Assembly (NCBI GenBank): GCA_018714045.1
Contig: DVNX01000036.1
Span: 1-60,968 of the forward strand
Reading direction: 5' to 3'
DNA from: Candidatus Ornithoclostridium faecavium
GTDB lineage: Bacteria; Bacillota; Clostridia; Christensenellales; UBA3700
Length of the DNA stretch: 60,968 bases
The notes beneath the pieces are model-generated. The model ran no database searches. It was given only the letters and a program-made list of their open reading frames with translations, and was not told where the DNA came from. The position numbers and the translations under genes were made by a program. Each line of letters opens with the position of its first letter. Within the stretch, counting starts at the first letter, position 1. Below, one piece after another: positions 47,998 to 57,128 of the stretch.

Positions 47998-50097
47998 GTG
48001 GACGTAAAAACAAATAAGACGGTTGCGATAGTTCTTATAGTGTTAGCAGTTATGGCGGTTGCCGCGGCTTTGGCTACGGGGATATATTACGCCGTAAAGC
48101 ATAACAGATTCAGCGGTTACGTCTATGAGTCGGGCACGGGTAAGCCGCTTACAGGCGTAGCAGTCACCAACGGCAGAGACGTCGTAAAGACGGACGAAAA
48201 CGGATATTACCGTCTTGACGGCTGGCTCAAGGACAGATTCGTCACCGTGACGATACCTTCGGGCTACTGGACGGAAGATTTTTATATCGACGCAGGGAAG
48301 GAAAGAGAGGGGTACGACTTTTATCTCGATAAACTCGACGTCGATCAGACCGATCACAGCTTTTTGCAGATATCGGATACAGAGGTCGGCGCTTCGGGCG
48401 TGGGCGACTGGATAGAGGACGTGAAGGCGAAAGTCGAAAGCCAGCAGCCTGCATTTCTGATACATACGGGCGACATATGTTACGAAGACGGGCTCAAAAG
48501 CCATATCAAAGGTATGAATTCCGAAAATATGGGCGTGCCCGTGCGCTACGTTATAGGCAATCACGATTTCGTCGATTGGGGCGGTTACGGAGAGGCTTTA
48601 TACGAAAGCATTTACGGACCCGTAAATTATTCTTTCGACGTGGGCGACGTGCATTATATAGTTGCTTCGCTGGCGAAAGGCGACGTTATGGCGAGATATA
48701 CAAAGTCGGAGGTCTGGCGCTGGATGGCGAACGATCTGGCAGCCGTGGAGGACGGTAAAAAAATCGTCGTGTTCTGTCACGATATCTGTCCCGACGAAAA
48801 CGGATTTACGGTCAAATACGGTCTTAATACGCTCGATCTCAAGGAGCACGGACTGGTCGCGTGGGTGTTCGGACACTGGCATTACAATTATATGAACAGA
48901 ACGAAGGACGGTATCTTCAATATCGGGACTTCGCGCCCCGATTGCGGAGGTATAGACTCTTCGCCTGCAGTTGTACGCAAAGTGACTTTCAACGGAGGGG
49001 AGCTGGTCTCTTCCGATATGCTTTATTACTCGTTCGACAAAGGAGAGAACGCGGACTGTTTATGGACGGCTGAAGCGGGAGAACATGCCGAGTTTGCTGA
49101 ACCGGTTATTTTTGACGGTAAAGTGTACGTCGGTACCGTAGACGACGGATATCCTAAGAATTGCGGCATATTGTGTTACGATGCCGAAAGCGGCGAAAAG
49201 ATATGGGAATACGCGACGGTAAATTCGGTTAAAAACTCGTTTTACGTCGGAGACGGCGTCGTGATCGCGCAGGACAGCGAAGGCATAGTTTACAAACTCG
49301 ACGCCGCTACGGGACAGCTTATCTGGAAAAAAGATATAGACCTTTCCGCTGTAAGAGATACCGTAATGGGCATAGCGGCAGGCGGCGGCAGAGTATTCTG
49401 CGGAGGCGGACAGAAAATAGTGTGTCTGTCGGCAGATAACGGAAGCGTGCTGTGGACTGCCGAAAATAAGAACGGCTACAGCGCCGCTTCGAGAATTGTG
49501 ACTGACGGTAAATACGTATACGTCGGGTCTCATTGGGATAAGCTTATCGCTTACGACGTGAATACGGGCAAAAAGGCGTGGAGCAACGATAAAGACGGGC
49601 TCAGATACCGCACGACTACGCCGACGACAGACGGGAATACGCTCTGGACTGCGGCAGGATCGTCCGTATTCAAAATAGACAAAAACAGCGGCGACATAAT
49701 TAAGAAATTCGATTTTGAGGGATATAATTTCGACGCTGCGTCGGCACCGTATATCGAAAACGGCGTGGGTTATTTTACAAGCGCGAATAAAGGCGTGACA
49801 GCAATTTCGTTGACGGACGGAAAACTTATCTGGAATTTCGAGACAAAAGAAGCTCTCGCATTCACCTCTCCTTACACTTCTAAGGGAAGTAAGAGCGTAG
49901 ACAGCTCGGTAGTGCCTTATAAGGACGGTCTGTTGTTCGGCGCGTCGGACGGATATGTGTATCTCGTTGAAAAGGACGGCTCTCTCAGAGAAAGCTTTTA
50001 TATCGGTTCGCCTGTAATAAGCAAACTCGCAGTCAGCGGGGATAAGGTCTATGCCCTCGATTTCTCGGGCAGGCTGACAGCGTTCGAAATAGGATAA
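47998..50097 (+). CDS. Membrane-anchored protein with a CarboxypepD_reg-like domain, a calcineurin-like metallophosphoesterase and a PQQ-like beta-propeller
   Basis: N-terminal TM helix. MPP motifs ISDTE, GDICYED, GNHDF, HD, GHWH. C-terminal repeats of the type G..IW.. / DG.VYV. GTG start at 47998, 7 nt after AGGGAGG. Confidence 0.78.
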   Translation: MDVKTNKTVAIVLIVLAVMAVAAALATGIYYAVKHNRFSGYVYESGTGKPLTGVAVTNGRDVVKTDENGYYRLDGWLKDRFVTVTIPSGYWTEDFYIDAGKEREGYDFYLDKLDVDQTDHSFLQISDTEVGASGVGDWIEDVKAKVESQQPAFLIHTGDICYEDGLKSHIKGMNSENMGVPVRYVIGNHDFVDWGGYGEALYESIYGPVNYSFDVGDVHYIVASLAKGDVMARYTKSEVWRWMANDLAAVEDGKKIVVFCHDICPDENGFTVKYGLNTLDLKEHGLVAWVFGHWHYNYMNRTKDGIFNIGTSRPDCGGIDSSPAVVRKVTFNGGELVSSDMLYYSFDKGENADCLWTAEAGEHAEFAEPVIFDGKVYVGTVDDGYPKNCGILCYDAESGEKIWEYATVNSVKNSFYVGDGVVIAQDSEGIVYKLDAATGQLIWKKDIDLSAVRDTVMGIAAGGGRVFCGGGQKIVCLSADNGSVLWTAENKNGYSAASRIVTDGKYVYVGSHWDKLIAYDVNTGKKAWSNDKDGLRYRTTTPTTDGNTLWTAAGSSVFKIDKNSGDIIKKFDFEGYNFDAASAPYIENGVGYFTSANKGVTAISLTDGKLIWNFETKEALAFTSPYTSKGSKSVDSSVVPYKDGLLFGASDGYVYLVEKDGSLRESFYIGSPVISKLAVSGDKVYALDFSGRLTAFEIG

Positions 50098-50114
50098 TAA
50101 GTGAGAAACGGGAA

Positions 50115-50138
50115 ACGGCGCAGATGCGCCGTTTTTTT
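50115..50138 (+). terminator. Rho-independent terminator
   Basis: ACGGCGC-agat-GCGCCGT hairpin followed by T7. Confidence 0.8.
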
Positions 50139-50160
50139 ATGCCCGTGTTTGCAATAACAG

Positions 50161-52425
50161 TTATACCAGCCTTACGGCAATAGCGGTAGAATCGTCTTTC
50201 GCGCCTCTTTTGGTAGCTTGTGCTAAAACTATGTCGCACAGCTCCTGAGGCGCGACGGTCTCCGCGCGGGAGAGGATGAGAGATATACCGTCTGCGCCTA
50301 AAGAGTCGACTATTCCGTCAGATACCAGCATTACTACGTCTCCGGGAGATAGCAGTTTGTTGTCGGTGAACGGTACCGCTTCTTCCACTATGCCTATCGG
50401 AAGGGCTGACGAATTGACGATTTCCACGTTGTCGGCGCGTTTGATGAAACTCTGGACTCCGCCCAGTTTTACGAAATGAGCTATCGCGCGTTTAAGGTCG
50501 ATCACGCACAGGTCGAGCGCTGAAAAACTGTCTTTGCTTCTCAGCATCAGAAGTCTGTTTATCATGTTGAGCACGCTGTCTCCTTCAAAACCGGCTTTAT
50601 AGAAATTTTCGACCATGTTGAGCGTCGCAGAGCTTCCTTCGTGTGCGTCGTCGCCGCTTCCCATGCCGTCGCAGACAGCGAAAAACAGCTTGCCGTCCCC
50701 CAGCTTCTGTACGCTTTTGACGTCTCCGTTTTCGCTCGATCCGTCCTTACGCGCAGTTGCTTCTCCGTATATCGCGCCGTATTTGGGTTCGGTGCAGAAG
50801 GAGAGCGCGGCTTTGCCTCCGCCGAGAGGCTGGGGGCTTCCTTTTCTTTTCATGCGGCATCCCAGAACCTTGTCGACTATTTCGTCGAGAGCTCTTTTCT
50901 GAACGTCGTCCGCGCGTACGGTCAGGTTAAGGAAGAATTCCGCGTTTTTCGAATACATGACCGCTTCCGTACACACTATGTTGGAATAACTCAGTTCTTC
51001 TACGAGTTTTTGTTCGAGAGTAGCGTCAAAATTTACTCCGCGGTTCACGTCGTCTGCAAGGTCGCTTATCAGTCTGCCGACGCCGTACATCTGTTCCGCG
51101 ACTATCTGTTGGGAAAGTTCGTATTGTTTTTCGTTTTCCTTGCGCTTATTGAAATCGCTTACGCTTTCGACGCAGTTTGAAAGCAGGGCGGGGATCCTTA
51201 TGCAGCGCGCATTGATGAAAGTGGGAAGATCGGCGCCCGATATGCGACCTCCGCTAAGGGCTATGGACGCCGCGCCTTCGAACAGTACTCCCGTATCGCT
51301 TCCCAGCGCTGCCTGGCAGCTTGCCCTCGAAGGACAGGAAGCGCACGTTCTGAGCATTACTTCGCGCGCTACCGTTTCGGCAGGGCTTTTGTCTGCGAAC
51401 GACCGCGAGGGACGGTAACCGAAGCAGTCGCCCATTTCGTAAAACACTTTAGCAACTCCCGTCAGCCTTGCGAACACTTCGCTGCGGTTATGCTTCACCA
51501 TCTGTTTGGCAGCCGCTGAGCCGTCATCTGTTATGTATACGGGCATTTTAGCACGGACTTTGCGCGGAAGGATCGCGAACGCTCCCGCGCCGATCGCGAG
51601 CGCTATCGGGTGCAGAAGGTCGTAAGTATAGGCTTCGAAGAATACGCCTGAGAGAAGGTCGACCAGCATTACGGCGGCGAAAGAAAACCATACCCCCAGT
51701 TTTTTGAACGCGTTCGCGCAGGCTAACATGGCGACCGCCGCCGCGCATACGCTGAGGTCTATAGCCGCCGCGGAGCCTCCCGCTCCTATAGCGAAGCAGA
51801 TCAGAGTGCCCGCGCTGAGCGAAAAGCTGTGCGTGCATGCCATGACCGTCCAGCCGAGAATGAGAAAATAGGGCATAAATCCGAATATGTCCAGTCTGTA
51901 CAATCCCAGAGCCGTTACGGTAAGACAGATCGCGCCGCCCGCTATTTCGTCTGTGGACAGCTTGTTTCTTACGCCTCGCACGATAAGCGCGTAACATATC
52001 ACAGTCGCGCAGTAACAGAATACCTGATTGAGTATTATTGAGGTAAGCACATACGGCAATTGATGAACGCCCAGGTCGAATATAAACACGGGCATAAGGC
52101 TGATACATGCGAAAACGTTCGCGCTTATCATATTCAGCGGCTTTGCGAAAGCGTAGTGAAGAGCTTTCGCGCATCCCAGGAAAACGACGGGAGATATCGC
52201 GTATACGAGCCCGACGACGGAAGCGTCGGCAAGCGCGCATCCCGCTATATACATAGGGGATATCAAAAAGAAGTTGCATCTGCAATATATCAGCGCGACG
52301 TACAGCCCGAGGGCGAGACCCATCACGTTTTCGTCTATTTTCGCGTTCGCGCACAGAAAGAAGGGCACGACGGAAAGAAGGTATAAGAAAATATCTCCGT
52401 CGCGGTAATTGTGTAACTTTTTCAT
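50161..52425 (-). CDS. spoIIE: Stage II sporulation protein E (PP2C phosphatase with a polytopic membrane domain)
   Basis: About 10 N-terminal TM helices and a C-terminal PP2C domain (FAVCDGMGSGDDA, MLVSDGIVD, KDDSTAIAVRL). The start is uncertain: ATG at 52425 chosen, upstream in-frame ATGs exist up to 52533. Confidence 0.85.
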   Translation of the reverse strand: MKKLHNYRDGDIFLYLLSVVPFFLCANAKIDENVMGLALGLYVALIYCRCNFFLISPMYIAGCALADASVVGLVYAISPVVFLGCAKALHYAFAKPLNMISANVFACISLMPVFIFDLGVHQLPYVLTSIILNQVFCYCATVICYALIVRGVRNKLSTDEIAGGAICLTVTALGLYRLDIFGFMPYFLILGWTVMACTHSFSLSAGTLICFAIGAGGSAAAIDLSVCAAAVAMLACANAFKKLGVWFSFAAVMLVDLLSGVFFEAYTYDLLHPIALAIGAGAFAILPRKVRAKMPVYITDDGSAAAKQMVKHNRSEVFARLTGVAKVFYEMGDCFGYRPSRSFADKSPAETVAREVMLRTCASCPSRASCQAALGSDTGVLFEGAASIALSGGRISGADLPTFINARCIRIPALLSNCVESVSDFNKRKENEKQYELSQQIVAEQMYGVGRLISDLADDVNRGVNFDATLEQKLVEELSYSNIVCTEAVMYSKNAEFFLNLTVRADDVQKRALDEIVDKVLGCRMKRKGSPQPLGGGKAALSFCTEPKYGAIYGEATARKDGSSENGDVKSVQKLGDGKLFFAVCDGMGSGDDAHEGSSATLNMVENFYKAGFEGDSVLNMINRLLMLRSKDSFSALDLCVIDLKRAIAHFVKLGGVQSFIKRADNVEIVNSSALPIGIVEEAVPFTDNKLLSPGDVVMLVSDGIVDSLGADGISLILSRAETVAPQELCDIVLAQATKRGAKDDSTAIAVRLV

Positions 52426-52542
52426 ATCCACAGTATAGCTTTGAGGCTTTGTCGCAGGATTTCCGACCGCGGCGTATTTTGTCGAAGTTTTTGCTTTGAG
52501 CGTATGCCGCATAAATTTGCTTATAATGCGCACAACGAAAAT

Positions 52543-53985
52543 ATGGAAAAAAAGACGGATTACGCAAAATTTTCAGACGCGGTCAAAAGCGCGTTCGGGG
52601 ACGGGAACGATCTCATCAGAATGGATTTCGACGTAGCCGGCAGGAGCGCGAGCGTGTTTTTCATCGACGGCGTTATAGACAAGGAGCTTTGCGAACTGAA
52701 CATATTTTCTCCGCTCAAGGCGCTTTCCTCGCTCGAATATCCGTATATCGACAGACTGAACGCGGCTACCCGTCCGACGACTGCGATAAAGCTCAATTAT
52801 TCGCCTGAAGAAGCGGCGCAGACCGTCGCTGACGGAGACATAGTGCTGATAATAGACGGCGGGGAAGGAGCTTTCGTATTTTCTGAGCGCAAGTATCCGA
52901 CGAGAGGGATACAGGAACCGCCCGTGTCCAACGTTCTGAGAGGCCCCAGAGAAGGATTTGTAGAGGATTTCAAAGCCAACTGCGTAATGATACGCCGCCG
53001 CCTGCGTACGCCCAAACTCCGATTTCTCAATTTCAAGGTAGGAAGGCTTACGAATACCGTAGTTTCTGTCGCATATATCTCGGGCGTAGCCGATAAAAAG
53101 ATCGTGGACGAAATATGCCGAAAGGTAAAGTCGATAGATATCGACGGCATAGTCGAATCGTCCTACGTTGCGGCGTTTCTCGAAGACGGCGGTCAGTCGC
53201 TTTTCGATCGCGTAGGCACGTCTGAAAAACCCGATATCGTCTGCGCGAAGATGCTTGAAGGCAGAGTCGCCGTGATAGTCGACGGTTCGCCAGTCGTGCT
53301 GACGCTTCCTTTTATCCTTCTCGAACACTTGCAGGCGAGCGAGGATTATTACGTGAAGAGCTTTCGTGCGACGCTTATAAGGACTATAAGGATAATGGCG
53401 CTGCTTATCGCGGTTCTGCTGCCTGCTTCGTACGTGGCTCTGCAGGAATTTCAATACCAGATGTTTCCGCTTAAATTTCTGGTCACGATCATGAACTCGG
53501 TTTACGGTATTCCGCTTACTCCTATGTTTGAAATGCTGCTGGTGTTGCTTATATTCGAAATACTCAGCGAGGCGAGCGTAAGAATGCCCAGGTACGTGGG
53601 TATGGCGCTTTCCGTCGTCGGCGCGATAGTTCTCGGCGAGACTGCGGTAAAGGCTGGACTTTTGTCCACTCCGACCATACTTATCATATCCGTTTCCACG
53701 ATAGGGCTGTACTGCGTGCCTGACGAGGTGAACACGGGCAGTGTTCTGAGACTGATTTTCGTTGCGGTCGCAGGAGTGCTGGGACTGTTCGGGATTATCC
53801 TCGGCGGCGTAATACTGACCGCCCATCTCGTCGATCTGAGAAGTTACGGCACCTCATACCTCGCCCCCTTTGCTCCCGCGCTCCCGGGAGACTGGAACGA
53901 CGCTGTATTCAAGGCGGGAGTAACTGAGCTTTACGAAAGACCGTACAGTATACCGACAAAAAACAGAAAGAGGCTTAAAAGATGA
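52543..53985 (+). CDS. Spore germination protein, GerA family A subunit
   Basis: GerA-family core (LRGPREGFVE, IRRRLRTPKL, C-terminal TM block). First gene of an A-B-C operon. Confidence 0.88.
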   Translation: MEKKTDYAKFSDAVKSAFGDGNDLIRMDFDVAGRSASVFFIDGVIDKELCELNIFSPLKALSSLEYPYIDRLNAATRPTTAIKLNYSPEEAAQTVADGDIVLIIDGGEGAFVFSERKYPTRGIQEPPVSNVLRGPREGFVEDFKANCVMIRRRLRTPKLRFLNFKVGRLTNTVVSVAYISGVADKKIVDEICRKVKSIDIDGIVESSYVAAFLEDGGQSLFDRVGTSEKPDIVCAKMLEGRVAVIVDGSPVVLTLPFILLEHLQASEDYYVKSFRATLIRTIRIMALLIAVLLPASYVALQEFQYQMFPLKFLVTIMNSVYGIPLTPMFEMLLVLLIFEILSEASVRMPRYVGMALSVVGAIVLGETAVKAGLLSTPTILIISVSTIGLYCVPDEVNTGSVLRLIFVAVAGVLGLFGIILGGVILTAHLVDLRSYGTSYLAPFAPALPGDWNDAVFKAGVTELYERPYSIPTKNRKRLKR

Positions 53986-55088
53986 GGGATAAGGTTTCCG
54001 ATAAAATATATACGGGGCAGTTCGCGATACTCGCGTTCATTTCTTCGGTGAGTTTTAAGGTAGTGATGCTGCCGCAATATCTCGCGGCAGTCGCGGGCAG
54101 AAACGCATGGCTTTCAGTGCTTACTATGATCCTTATAGACGGGATAGCGCTTGCGTGCGTCTACGGGGTGACGACGCGTACCGATATCCGCGCTCTTCCC
54201 GCTCAGGTACCTCTCAAGAGACTTATGCTGGCGGTAGTGGGATTTACATGCTTTGCAAAGCTCTCGCTTTTCACGGGCGAGACTACGGCGTATTGCTCGA
54301 CAACGCTTTTCGACGAAGGACTCTGGAGACTCATACTCGCAGGGCTTATACCTGCGCTTGCGTACCTTACCGTAAAGGGCGGAAACGCTCTCGCAAGGGT
54401 AGCACAGATAGTCGTCTGGTTCGTTGCGGCGGTAGTCGTTCTCAATGTGATATTCGCGGAAAACGCAGGTACGCTTAAAAACGTATTGCCGATAAGTTAC
54501 GGCATGAAAAACGTTGCGGCGTGCGATAAATATCTCGCCTGGTTCGGGGATTTTTCACCGCTTCTGTTCTTTTCTATAGCAGATAAAAAGCGAAACGGTA
54601 AAAAGAAAAATATTGTGCCCGTGTTGATTTCATATATATTTATACTTATATTCACGGTGGGGCTCGCTCTCGCTTTTACGGCGGTTTACGGCGGCGGGGG
54701 AGTGCTTGTTGCCAATGCGTTCAACAAGCTTGCCATATTCAATAAACTGTCCACTCTTCTGGGTACGGTGGATTTTACGGTCGTATGCGCGTGGCTTCTG
54801 ATAGCTGTAGTAAAACTTGCTTTGCTTGCTGTCGCGACAGTCGAGTGTATTCGCTGCTTTTTCGGCGACAGGAAGGTGATTTCAATTATTTTATGCGCCG
54901 TTCTCGGCGTCGTGACTTTCTTCGGCGTAGGGAATCAGCAGACCGTTTACAACGTGATGACGGGTCCGCTCAGATACGCTACGATCGCGGCGGATTACGC
55001 CGTGCCTCTCATTGCGCTCGTATGTACGTTCGTTTTCGGAAAAAAGCGCGGTCAAGTTTCGGAGACTTTGTATGAACAAGCGTGTTAA
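53982..55088 (+). CDS. Spore germination protein, B subunit (APC-type permease-like)
   Basis: 10-TM protein. The ATG overlaps the A-subunit stop (ATGA). Position in the gerABC operon. Confidence 0.8.
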   Translation: MRDKVSDKIYTGQFAILAFISSVSFKVVMLPQYLAAVAGRNAWLSVLTMILIDGIALACVYGVTTRTDIRALPAQVPLKRLMLAVVGFTCFAKLSLFTGETTAYCSTTLFDEGLWRLILAGLIPALAYLTVKGGNALARVAQIVVWFVAAVVVLNVIFAENAGTLKNVLPISYGMKNVAACDKYLAWFGDFSPLLFFSIADKKRNGKKKNIVPVLISYIFILIFTVGLALAFTAVYGGGGVLVANAFNKLAIFNKLSTLLGTVDFTVVCAWLLIAVVKLALLAVATVECIRCFFGDRKVISIILCAVLGVVTFFGVGNQQTVYNVMTGPLRYATIAADYAVPLIALVCTFVFGKKRGQVSETLYEQAC

Positions 55089-56202
55089 GAAAAAGTGGAT
55101 AATACTCATTACAGTCATTGTCGTCGTTGCGGCTTTTGACGGACTTTCGTCCAATATAAATCTCCTCGACAGGGCGATCGTCGTCGGTACCGGCATAGAT
55201 ATAGAAGACGGCGATCTGGTGCTCAGCGCGCAGGTCATCGTTCCGAAAAACAGCGCTTCGGCTTCTGCGGGCAACGACTTCGTGGTTTATACCGCGCGAG
55301 GAAAAACAGTTCAGCAGGCTATTGAGAATCTGTCCTATACCGTAGGACTCAAAGCTTCTTTCGCTCATACCAACGTGGTTATCCTCGGCGATAAGCTTCT
55401 GAAAAGCGGCAGGACGGACGTCCTCGAATTCCTCGTCAAAAGCGATATAGTCACGGATAACACTTTGCTCGTCGCAAGCGCTGGCGAAGCGAAAGAGATA
55501 CTCGCCGTACAGATGCCTATAAACGAAGTCGCATCGTATCATCTTACCGAGATCCTGCAGTCGAACCGCAAGGAGGCTGGACAGAATACGTCGAGTTTAA
55601 AAGGATATTTTGAGGATATATATAAGGTCGGAGAAACGGCTTGTATACCTCTTGTGTTCCTGCGGGAAAGCGAGTTCGGATTGCTCGGCGAGGGAGCGGA
55701 CGGAGAAAAGCCTAAGCTTTTAGACGTATCGCACGTCGTGCTCACAAATAAGGAGGGGTATCTCGTCAGACTGGGGAGACGGCAGAGCGCCGCGCTAAGT
55801 TATACGACTGAAAAGCTCAATGCGGGAAGCATAGCGTACGACGGCGATGACGGAACTGAAAAAGAGGCGATAATCCTGCGTACCGAGTGTGCAAAGCGCG
55901 CGATTTCGTACGAAGAGGTCGCTATCGATCTTAATTTTTCGGTAAGACCTTCTGAAAAATATTACGTGTCGAAGGACGGCTCCGTCAGCGGTATCAGCGA
56001 AAAAGAAAAGCTCGCTATAAGCGCTGAGATCATAACTGCGATAGACGATTGTTTCGAGGTCAGTAAGTACTATGACGCGGACGTTTTTCACCTCGGTGAA
56101 GAGCTTTACCGTAAATTCGGAGAGGAATGGAAGATGAGCGTGGGGAAAACGTACCTTGACGATTTAAAACTCAAAATATCCGTCAACGTCAACGTAAAAT
56201 AA
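55072..56202 (+). CDS. Spore germination protein, Ger(x)C family C subunit, with no lipobox cysteine
   Basis: Ger(x)C-like N-terminus (LDRAIVVGTGIDIED..) and length. The N-terminal hydrophobic segment is not followed by Cys. Confidence 0.75.
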   Translation: MNKRVKKKWIILITVIVVVAAFDGLSSNINLLDRAIVVGTGIDIEDGDLVLSAQVIVPKNSASASAGNDFVVYTARGKTVQQAIENLSYTVGLKASFAHTNVVILGDKLLKSGRTDVLEFLVKSDIVTDNTLLVASAGEAKEILAVQMPINEVASYHLTEILQSNRKEAGQNTSSLKGYFEDIYKVGETACIPLVFLRESEFGLLGEGADGEKPKLLDVSHVVLTNKEGYLVRLGRRQSAALSYTTEKLNAGSIAYDGDDGTEKEAIILRTECAKRAISYEEVAIDLNFSVRPSEKYYVSKDGSVSGISEKEKLAISAEIITAIDDCFEVSKYYDADVFHLGEELYRKFGEEWKMSVGKTYLDDLKLKISVNVNVK

Positions 56203-56256
56203 AGGTGTAAAGGAAATATTTTACAGAAATTACAGTTATAATTTAAGGATAAGACG

Positions 56257-56285
56257 TTGACAAATGTAAATAAACATAATACAAT
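56257..56285 (+). promoter_or_regulatory. Sigma-A-like promoter for ssrA
   Basis: TTGACA, 17-nt spacer, TACAAT, about 18 nt upstream of the mature 5' end. Confidence 0.6.
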
Positions 56286-56302
56286 ATAGACCCAGGATCC
56301 AT

Positions 56303-56647
56303 GGGGCTGTCCCGGATTCGACAGGCGGACAGAGGGTAACATAAGCATACCGAAGGCTCGGCTTCGTAAAAACGGAAATTAAAATTAAACGCTAATAATA
56401 AGCAAGTTGCTATTGCTGCGTAATCGCGCATAGCTGTCGGACGGGGGCTCCACGACCCCGCACCCGGCATCGGAAAGTGGAACAGGGCTTCGCAGAAGTG
56501 TCTCGGTCTGCGTCGCGCCACTCAGGGACTTACCGAAGTAACCTTTGCGGACAGAGGTTATCAGGAACATTTAATTATCCGATAAGTATGTAGAAAGTGT
56601 TACGCGAATTCGTTTGGACAGGAGTTCAACTCTCCTCAGCTCCACCA
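56303..56647 (+). ncRNA. ssrA: Transfer-messenger RNA (tmRNA)
   Basis: 5' GGGGCUGUCCCGGAUUCGACAGG pairs with 3' ..GGAGUUCAACUCUCCUCAGCUCCACCA (acceptor stem with a G3-U wobble, T-arm, CCA). The internal tag frame GCT AAT AAT AAG CAA GTT GCT ATT GCT GCG TAA (56391-56423) gives (A)NNKQVAIAA. Confidence 0.95.
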
Positions 56648-56669
56648 TTTTGCCTTACCGCTCGTAAGC

Positions 56670-56716
56670 GGTGGGGCGTTTTTGTTTGCAACTTATGTAA
56701 ACAAAAACGCCCCACC
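56670..56716. other. Long near-perfect hairpin just downstream of ssrA
   Basis: GGTGGGGCGTTTTTGTTT / AAACAAAAACGCCCCACC 18-bp stem with an 11-nt loop. Overlaps a smaller ACCGCT-cgta-AGCGGT hairpin (56657-56672). Confidence 0.8.
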
Positions 56717-56718
56717 TG

Positions 56719-56871
56719 AAACGGCGGCAGGCTCATAGCTCCGCTTCGTCGCGCTGAACAGTGACGCTCGCAGGCTCGCTATTCCGTCGCTTCGCTCCTT
56801 ACAACTCTTCTCAGTCAACCACGCATAAGCGAGCCGTAAGGCTCGTTTTTTTATGCGTGGTGGAGCTGAGG
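56719..56871. repeat. Repeat copy 1: 88-bp core, then a hairpin with T-run, then an inverted copy of the ssrA 3' end
   Basis: Core 56719-56806. Terminator-like CGAGCC-gtaa-GGCTCG plus T7 at 56830-56852. TGGTGGAGCTGAGG (56858-56871) is the exact reverse complement of ssrA 56634-56647. Confidence 0.9.
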
Positions 56872-56992
56872 AACTTGTTGCGACCGTTGCGTGCGTCTGC
56901 ACGCAACAGGAGGTCGGCGCGGCGGTGCAGGTAAGGTTAGTTGTAATAACTTCATCGCCGCGACTTTCGCCTCATGGCGAAAACTCTCCGCA

Positions 56993-57128
56993 AAACGGCG
57001 GCAGGCTCATAGTTTCGCTTCGTCGCGCTGAACAGTGACGCTCGCAGGCTCGCTATTCCGTCGCTTCGCTCCTTACAACTGTCACCCATAAGCGAACCGA
57101 AAGGCTCGTTTTTTTTGCGTGGTGGAGC
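56993..57128. repeat. Repeat copy 2 (direct repeat of copy 1)
   Basis: Core 56993-57080 differs from copy 1 at 2 of 88 positions (hand alignment). Degenerate hairpin plus T8 at 57093-57116. TGGTGGAGC (57120-57128) again matches the inverted ssrA end. Confidence 0.9.
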
